A stretch of 13,389 nucleotides of DNA from Candidatus Eiseniibacteriota bacterium (GTDB lineage Bacteria > Eisenbacteria > RBG-16-71-46 > CAZEPH01): positions 1 to 13,389 of the forward strand of contig JBGATO010000089.1 in NCBI GenBank assembly GCA_044229145.1. Reading direction: 5' to 3'. This document shows, piece after piece, positions 7,962 through 13,389 of the stretch. Each line of letters opens with the position of its first letter. Positions within the stretch are counted from its first letter, which is position 1. Position numbers and translations under genes: made by a program. The notes under the pieces are model-generated. The model was given only the letters and a program-made list of their open reading frames with translations. It did not search any database and was not told the DNA's origin.

Positions 7962-8165
7962 GTGAAGAAGACTCTCGTGACGCTGACGGTTGCCGCGTTC
8001 GTGTTCGGTGCGTTGACCCTCGCGGGCTGCGCCAAGAAGAAGGCGGAAGAGGCCGCTCCGGCCCCTGAGTCCGGCGCGACGATGGACACGACCGCCGCTC
8101 CGGCGGAAGCTGCTCCGGCTGACACGTCGATGGCTGCGCCGGCTGACACGGCTGCGGCGCACTAA
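7962..8165 (+). CDS. Small Ala/Pro-rich lipoprotein, 67 aa (45 aa mature), function unknown
   Basis: Perfect SD AAGGAGGTGA at 7946-7955, GTG start, MKK plus hydrophobic stretch plus lipobox LAG-C (Cys23, nt 8028-8030), then low-complexity AKKKAEEAAPAPESGATMDTTAAPAEAAPADTSMAAPADTAAAH. Confidence 0.85.
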   Translation: MKKTLVTLTVAAFVFGALTLAGCAKKKAEEAAPAPESGATMDTTAAPAEAAPADTSMAAPADTAAAH

Positions 8166-8281
8166 GGCCTACCGCGCAGTCGGTTCGCCGCGAACCACCT
8201 CCATCAGGACAGAGCGGCAGCGCCGACACTTTTGCGTAGGCCGCTCGTTCGCGCCGTCAATGAGGAGCGCGAACATGTAGC

Positions 8282-8334
8282 ATCGCTCGCAGGGGGCGGG
8301 GGCTGACAAAGCCTCCGTCCCCTGTGCGATTTGT
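8282..8334 (+). terminator. Probable intrinsic terminator of the lipoprotein transcript
   Basis: 16-bp stem 8289-8304/8310-8325 (loop GACAA), extendable by ATCGC 8282-8286/GCGAT 8326-8330, followed by a short TTTGT tail. Confidence 0.6.
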
Positions 8335-8452
8335 GGACCGCAGTGCTCGCGCGGACGTCGCATCCGCGCCCCTCGCCGTCACGGCGACCCCAGTGCAGCG
8401 AACCCGCGCCGCGTGACCGGCGCGTCCGACGTGTGAAGGAGCAACGAATCCC

Positions 8453-9367
8453 ATGGCAGACTCGAAGACCCTGGATGCCCCGGCTCCCGCCGCGATGGCG
8501 CCCGGCATCAAGACCGTGGCCGTCGTCGGCTGCGGCCTGATGGGCTCCGGCATCGCGCAGATCGCCGCCCAGGCGGGCTACGCGACGCTGGTGTACGAAC
8601 CGCAGCAAGCGTTCCTCGACAAGGGACGCGGCCGCATCGAGAAGTTCCTCGCCGGCGGTGTCGAGAAGGGCAAGATGACCGCGGCCGACAAGGACGCGAC
8701 GCTCGGCCGCCTCACCTTCACCACCACGCTCGCCGATCTCAAGTCGGCCGACCTGGTCATCGAGGCGATCACCGAGAACATCGAAGCGAAGAAGGAGGTC
8801 TACAAGACGCTCGACGCGTTGTGCGGGCCGCAGACCATCTTCGCCAGCAACACGTCGTCGATCTCGATCACCGAGATGGCCGCCGCCACCGGCCGGCCGG
8901 ACCGTTTCCTCGGCCTGCACTTCTTCAATCCGGTGCCGATCATGAAGCTGGTCGAACTGGTGAAGACGATCCAGACCAGCGACGCCACGATGGCCACCGC
9001 GCACGCCTACGCGCAGTCGGTGGGGAAGATCGCCATCGTCGCGAAGGACTCGCCGGGCTTCGTCGTCAACTTGCTCTTGGTGCCGTACCTGCTCGGCGCG
9101 GTGCGCGCGTACCAGAACGGCTTGGCGACGCGCGAGGACATCGACACCGGCATGAAGCTCGGATGCGGCTACCCGATGGGCCCGCTGGAGCTGCTCGACT
9201 TCGTCGGCATCGACACGACGTATTACATCGCCGAGATCATGTTCCAGGAGTTCAAGGACCCGACGTACGCGGCGCCCCCGCTGCTCAAGCAGATGGTCCA
9301 GGCGGGCTTCCACGGCCGCAAGACCGGGCGCGGCTTCTACGACTACTCGACGGGGCAGCCGCGATGA
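8453..9367 (+). CDS. hbd: 3-hydroxybutyryl-CoA (3-hydroxyacyl-CoA) dehydrogenase, 304 aa
   Basis: Rossmann motif VVGCGLMGSGIAQ, plus VIEAITE, ASNTSS, catalytic GLHFFNPVPIMKLVE, PGFVVN, GYPMGP and GRKTGRGFYDY. SD GAAGGAG at 8435-8441. Confidence 0.92.
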   Translation: MADSKTLDAPAPAAMAPGIKTVAVVGCGLMGSGIAQIAAQAGYATLVYEPQQAFLDKGRGRIEKFLAGGVEKGKMTAADKDATLGRLTFTTTLADLKSADLVIEAITENIEAKKEVYKTLDALCGPQTIFASNTSSISITEMAAATGRPDRFLGLHFFNPVPIMKLVELVKTIQTSDATMATAHAYAQSVGKIAIVAKDSPGFVVNLLLVPYLLGAVRAYQNGLATREDIDTGMKLGCGYPMGPLELLDFVGIDTTYYIAEIMFQEFKDPTYAAPPLLKQMVQAGFHGRKTGRGFYDYSTGQPR

Positions 9368-10146
9368 GCGTCGTCCTCTCCTCGCGCGAGGGCGACGTCG
9401 TCACGTTGACGATGAATCGCCCCGACAAGCTCAATGCGCTCAACGACGACGTGATGACCGCGCTCGGCGATGCGCTGACGCCGATCGAGAACGATCCGAC
9501 GGTCGGCGCGGTGGTGCTCACCGGCTCCGGCGAGAAGGCATTCGTGGCCGGTGCCGACATCGCCATGATGTCGACCATCACGCCGGAGCAAGCGCAGGCG
9601 TTCGCGGTGAAGGGCCAGTCGACGTTCCGCCGTCTGGAACTGCTCGGCCGTCCGGTCATCGCGGCCATCAACGGCTTCGCGCTGGGCGGCGGCTGCGAGC
9701 TCGCGCTCGCCTGCACGCTGCGCTTCGCGTCGAAGAACGCCAAGCTCGGGCAGCCGGAGGTCAATCTCGGCATCATGACCGGCTACGCCGGCTCGCAGCG
9801 CCTGCCGCGCGTGGTGGGCCGGGGCCGGGCGCTCGACCTGCTCCTGACCGGCCGCCAGATCACCGCCGACGAGGCGTACGAAATGGGCCTGGTCAACCGC
9901 GTGTTCGAGACGCCGGCCGAGGTGGTGGCCGGGGCGCAGGCGGTGGCGGCCGAGATCGCGGCGAAGTCGCGGTTTGCGGTGCGGGCGCAGATGCAGGCGA
10001 CGCTGGCGGCCGGCGACGTGCCGTTCGACGAGGCCTCGAAGTTCGAGGCGGCGTTGTTCGGGCTCGCCTTCAGCACGGCGGACGCCAAGGAAGGCCTCAC
10101 GGCGTTCGTGGAGAAGCGCAAGCCGGTGTTCGGACGCGGGGCCTAG
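9364..10146 (+). CDS. crt: Enoyl-CoA hydratase (crotonase), 260 aa
   Basis: Real start is ATG9364, overlapping the hbd stop (ATGA); the N-terminal 181 aa of track ORF 8821..10146 are off-frame shadow of hbd. Motifs NRPDKLNAL, AFVAGADI, GFALGGGCELALAC and GQPEVNLG (both catalytic Glu present), FVEKRKP. Confidence 0.92.
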   Translation: MSVVLSSREGDVVTLTMNRPDKLNALNDDVMTALGDALTPIENDPTVGAVVLTGSGEKAFVAGADIAMMSTITPEQAQAFAVKGQSTFRRLELLGRPVIAAINGFALGGGCELALACTLRFASKNAKLGQPEVNLGIMTGYAGSQRLPRVVGRGRALDLLLTGRQITADEAYEMGLVNRVFETPAEVVAGAQAVAAEIAAKSRFAVRAQMQATLAAGDVPFDEASKFEAALFGLAFSTADAKEGLTAFVEKRKPVFGRGA

Positions 10147-10167
10147 GCCCGCGCTCCACGCCCTCCA

Positions 10168-10208
10168 CCGGACCGCTCGTCCGCGCTCTGGCGCGGCGGG
10201 CGGTCCGG
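10168..10208 (+). other. Intercistronic stem-loop between crt and thiolase
   Basis: CCGGACCGCTCG-T-CCGCGC / GCGCGG-CGGGCGGTCCGG gives 18 bp with one bulge and loop TCTG; no U-tract. Confidence 0.5.
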
Positions 10209-10284
10209 GCCGATACCCGCGGAGCGCCGCGTCAGCCGCGCCGCCTCCGCCGAGCCTCCAGCGATCAGCCGAAGGAGAATCCAC

Positions 10285-11511
10285 GTGTCGCAGTTTCCCG
10301 ATGTCGTGATCTTGGGCGGGGCGCGCACCCCGATGGCGGAGTACAGCGGCGGCAAGACCGGCAGCGGGGCGCCCGGCGGCGCGTTCGCGGATCTCTCGGC
10401 GCTCGAACTCGGCGCGCACGCGGCGAAGGCCGCGCTCGAGCGCACCGGCGTGGACCCGGCGCTCATCGACCACACCGTCATGGGCAACGCGCTGCAGACC
10501 AGCGCCGACGCCATCTACGGCGCGCGTCACGTCGCCCTCAAGTCCGGCGTGCCGATCGACAAACCGGCGCTCACCGTGAACCGTCTCTGCGGCTCCGGCA
10601 TCGAGTCCGTCGCGCAGGCGGCGATGCTGCTCAAGCTCGGCGAGGCGAACACGGTGCTGGCCGGCGGCATGGAGAACATGACGCAGGCGCCGCACGTGTT
10701 GCGCAAGGCGCGCTCCGGCTACCGCCTCGGCCACGGCCAGGTCGAAGACCTCCTGATGGCAAGCCTGCTCGACACCTACTGCGGCTACTACATGGCCGGC
10801 ACCGCGGAGAATCTCGCGCGTCGGTTGAACGTCACGCGCGAGGAGATGGACGAGTTCGCGATTCGCAGCTTCCGCGTCGCGGGCGAGGCGGCGGCGGCCG
10901 GCAAGCACGCCGAGGAGATCGCGCCGGTGCCGGTGAAGCGCGGCAAGGAGACGGTGATGTTCGCCGCCGACGATCACTACAAGCCGGACACCACCTACGA
11001 AGCGCTGGCGAAGTTGAAGCCGGCGTTCGACCCGCAGGGCTTCGTCACCGGCGGCAACGCGTCGGGCATCGTCGATGGCGCGGCGGCGGTGGTGGTGACC
11101 ACCGCGGCGCACGCGGCGCAGCGCGGCTGGGCGCCGATGGCGCGCATCGTCAGCTCGTGCAGCGTCGGCGTCGAGCCGAAGGAGATGGGCATCGGTCCGG
11201 TGCCGGCGATTCGCGAGGCGCTGACGCGCGCGCAGCTCACGCTCGACGACCTCGACTTGATCGAGGTGAACGAGGCGTTCGCGGCGCAGTACCTCGCGGT
11301 GGAGAAGGAACTCGGCTTGCCGCGCGAGAAGACCAACGTCAATGGCGGCGCGATCGCCATCGGCCACCCGCTGGCGGCCACCGGGACGCGTCTCATCCTG
11401 ACGATCATGCACGAACTGAAGCGCCGCAACGGGCGCTACGGTGTGGTCAGCGCCTGCATCGGCGGCGGCCAGGGCATCGCGATGATCGTCGAGAACTTGC
11501 AGCGTCACTAA
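10285..11511 (+). CDS. Acetyl-CoA C-acyltransferase (thiolase), 408 aa
   Basis: Catalytic motifs NRLCGSG, EVNEAF, GHPLAATG and ACIGGGQG. GTG start with SD AAGGAG at 10272-10277. Confidence 0.93.
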   Translation: MSQFPDVVILGGARTPMAEYSGGKTGSGAPGGAFADLSALELGAHAAKAALERTGVDPALIDHTVMGNALQTSADAIYGARHVALKSGVPIDKPALTVNRLCGSGIESVAQAAMLLKLGEANTVLAGGMENMTQAPHVLRKARSGYRLGHGQVEDLLMASLLDTYCGYYMAGTAENLARRLNVTREEMDEFAIRSFRVAGEAAAAGKHAEEIAPVPVKRGKETVMFAADDHYKPDTTYEALAKLKPAFDPQGFVTGGNASGIVDGAAAVVVTTAAHAAQRGWAPMARIVSSCSVGVEPKEMGIGPVPAIREALTRAQLTLDDLDLIEVNEAFAAQYLAVEKELGLPREKTNVNGGAIAIGHPLAATGTRLILTIMHELKRRNGRYGVVSACIGGGQGIAMIVENLQRH

Positions 11512-11522
11512 TCGCGCCGGAT

Positions 11523-11552
11523 CGCCGTGCCGTCCGCGCGGACGGCGCGGCG
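11523..11552 (+). other. Intercistronic stem-loop between thiolase and acyl-CoA dehydrogenase
   Basis: CGCCGTGCCGTCC-GCGC-GGACGGCGCGGCG gives 13 bp with one G-U; no U-tract. Confidence 0.45.
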
Positions 11553-11578
11553 CCGCGCGTCACGTAAGGACACACCGC

Positions 11579-12742
11579 ATGTCGTTCACGCTCCGGCTCA
11601 CCGAGGACCAGCAGCAGATTCGCGATCTCGCCCGCGAGTTCGCCGAGAACGAAGTCGCGCCGGTGGCGGCGCAGCTCGAGGAAGCGCACGAGTTTCCCGC
11701 TGCGTTGGTGAAGCAGATGGGCGAGATGGGCTTCCTCGGACTCACCGTGCCGGAGGATTACGGCGGCACCGGCCTCGGTTACGTGACGTACGCGCTGGTG
11801 TCGGCGGAGATCGCCAAGGCGAGCCTCGGGGTGAGCATGAACGTCGGCTTGCACAACTCGCTGGTCGCGCCGCCGCTGCTCGTCTTCGGCACCGAGGAGC
11901 AGAAGCAGAAGTATCTGCCCGGCTTGTGCAGCGGCGATGTCCTCGGCAGCTTCGGCCTCACCGAGCCGGGCGCCGGCAGCGACGCGGGCCACATTCAGTC
12001 GCTCGCCGAGCCCGACGGCGATTCGCACTACGTGCTCAACGGCTCGAAGATCTTCATCACCAACGGCAGCGTCGCCAACTTCTGCATCGTCTACGCGCTC
12101 ACCGATCGCGCGCGCGCCACCCGCAGCATGAGCGCGTTCCTGGTCGACATGGACTTGCCGGGCGTATCGGTGGGGACGGTCGAGAACAAGATGGGCATCA
12201 TGTCGTCGCCCACCACCGAGTTGAACTTCCAGGACGTGCGCTTGCCGGCCAGCGCGATGCTCGGACACGTGGGCGAAGGCTTCAAGATCGCCATGAGTTC
12301 ACTCGACGGCGGGCGCATCGGTGTCGGCTCGCAGGCGGTGGGCGTCGGACGCGCGGCGTTCGAGGCCGGGCTCGCGTACGCGCAGGCACGCGAGGCGTTC
12401 GGCGGGCCCATCAGCCGCTTCCAGGCGATCCAGGCGATGATCGCCGACATGCGCTTGTGGCTCGAGGCGTCGTACGGACTCGTGATGCACGCGGCGTGGC
12501 TCAAGGACCAAGGCCGCAATGTCACGCTCGAAGCCGCGCAGGCGAAGTTGTACGCCACCGAAGCCGCGACCCGCATCGCGCACCGCGCCGGCCAGATCCA
12601 CGGCGGCTACGGCTTCGTGGTCGACTATCCGGTCGAGCGCTACTACCGCGACGCCCGCGTCATGGAGCTGTACGAAGGCACCAGCGAAATCCAGCGTCTG
12701 GTCATCGCGACGCGGATGCTGGACATGCGGAAGGCGTCGTAG
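11579..12742 (+). CDS. Acyl-CoA dehydrogenase (short-chain/butyryl-CoA dehydrogenase-like), 387 aa
   Basis: Motifs FGLTEPGAGSDA, LNGSKIFITNG, GEGFKIAMSSLDGGRIG, QIHGGYGF and YEGTSEIQR (catalytic Glu at the SCAD/MCAD position). SD AAGGA at 11566-11570. Confidence 0.93.
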   Translation: MSFTLRLTEDQQQIRDLAREFAENEVAPVAAQLEEAHEFPAALVKQMGEMGFLGLTVPEDYGGTGLGYVTYALVSAEIAKASLGVSMNVGLHNSLVAPPLLVFGTEEQKQKYLPGLCSGDVLGSFGLTEPGAGSDAGHIQSLAEPDGDSHYVLNGSKIFITNGSVANFCIVYALTDRARATRSMSAFLVDMDLPGVSVGTVENKMGIMSSPTTELNFQDVRLPASAMLGHVGEGFKIAMSSLDGGRIGVGSQAVGVGRAAFEAGLAYAQAREAFGGPISRFQAIQAMIADMRLWLEASYGLVMHAAWLKDQGRNVTLEAAQAKLYATEAATRIAHRAGQIHGGYGFVVDYPVERYYRDARVMELYEGTSEIQRLVIATRMLDMRKAS

Positions 12743-12744
12743 CG

Positions 12745-13389
12745 GTGGCGCGAGCCGGCACGCGCCGGCGCGCGGCGTCTGCCGCGTCCGTCTCCGCGCC
12801 GGCGCCGCGCGCGATCGATCGCGCGGCGCCGGCGTTTCTGTTCCTGCTCGCGCCGTGCGCGCTGGCGTGGCTGGCGTGGCAGCGCCGCTGGCTGTGCGAC
12901 GATGCATTCATCGACCTGCGCGTGGTGGAGTTCCTGCGCCACGGATTCGGGCCGCGCTTCAACCTCGCCGAGCGCGTCGAGGCCTACACCAATCCGCTGT
13001 GGGTGGGCGTGCTGTGGCTGGCGTCGGCGTGCGGGGTGTCGGCGGAGGCCGCGGCGGTCGGCCTCGGGGTCGCGTGCGCGGTAGCCGGTGTCGTGGCGAT
13101 GCAGGCGGCGGCCCGCCGCGGGATGCGCGGCGCCGGGGTGCCGCTGGGCGCGCTGTGTTTCGTCGCGGTGCCCGCGGTGTGGGACTTCGCGACCTCAGGG
13201 CTCGAGACCGGCTTGGCGATGCTGTGGATCGGCGGCGCGGCGTGGGGGATGGCCCGAAGCGGCGGCGGCACGCGTGCGCGCGGCGCGGCGACTGCCGTGT
13301 GGCTCGGCCTCGGCCCGCTGGTGCGGCCGGATCTCGGACTCATCGCCGTGGTGCTCGGCGGCGCGGCGCTCGCGCAGGCGCGGCGCGGC
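12745..13389 (+). CDS. AftB-like integral-membrane GT-C glycosyltransferase (3'-truncated; missing from the ORF track)
   Basis: Frame +1 is open from GTG12745 to the window end. It reads ...LAWLAWQRRWLCDDAFIDLRVVEFLRHGFGPRFNLAERVEAYTNPLW...WDFATSGLETGLAMLW...LGPLVRPDLGL with several hydrophobic segments. DD, GPxFNxxERVE, DFATSGLE and LVRP(D/E) match recalled AftB-family motifs. The exact start is uncertain (weak SD). Confidence 0.78.
   Translation, partial: MARAGTRRRAASAASVSAPAPRAIDRAAPAFLFLLAPCALAWLAWQRRWLCDDAFIDLRVVEFLRHGFGPRFNLAERVEAYTNPLWVGVLWLASACGVSAEAAAVGLGVACAVAGVVAMQAAARRGMRGAGVPLGALCFVAVPAVWDFATSGLETGLAMLWIGGAAWGMARSGGGTRARGAATAVWLGLGPLVRPDLGLIAVVLGGAALAQARRG

Noticed and set aside
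7958..8149. Minus-strand 63-aa Ala-rich ORF
   Set aside because: It is the antisense mirror of the lipoprotein, which has the SD, promoter and lipobox.
8233..8260. Minus-strand TTGACG as promoter for an antisense (antitoxin-like) RNA over the lipoprotein gene
   Set aside because: The best -10 candidate (TACGCA at 16 nt spacing) lacks the conserved final T; too weak to support.
8821..9363. 181-aa N-terminal extension of the enoyl-CoA hydratase, or a hbd-crt frameshift fusion
   Set aside because: It is an off-frame overlap with hbd; both genes are complete and joined by a standard ATGA overlap, and I see no slippery site.
4848..11508. Long minus-strand ORFs (4848-6503, 6400-7593, 8204-9313, 9343-11508) and Arg-rich alternative + frames
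   Set aside because: They mirror well-supported genes, are rich in Arg/His/Ala with no motifs, and are the expected shadow ORFs of high-GC3 coding DNA.

Overview
High-GC bacterial DNA with every credible gene on the + strand. In order: (1) the 3' part (>1567 aa, start upstream of the window) of a giant acidic surface protein with about 14 complete plus 1 partial cadherin-like/He_PIG-type Ig repeats and a C-terminal FlgD-Ig/T9SS type A-like sorting domain; (2) a reverse-transsulfuration pair (cystathionine beta-synthase with C-terminal CBS domains, and a cystathionine gamma-lyase/synthase); (3) a stand-alone unit of about 610 nt with a near-consensus sigma70 promoter, a heavily structured ~240-nt leader, a 67-aa Ala/Pro-rich lipoprotein, a structured 3' UTR containing an anti-Shine-Dalgarno sequence, and a terminator; (4) a short-chain acyl-CoA cluster (3-hydroxyacyl-CoA dehydrogenase, enoyl-CoA hydratase, thiolase, acyl-CoA dehydrogenase); (5) the 5' part of an AftB-like GT-C membrane glycosyltransferase that the ORF track misses. 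The sorting domain plus high GC suggests an FCB-related lineage (e.g. Ca. Eisenbacteria-like), but that is inference only. No mobile element, CRISPR array, tRNA or rRNA was found. The least explained element is the small-lipoprotein unit with its RNA-like flanks. All family assignments come from motif recognition by eye, not from database searches.
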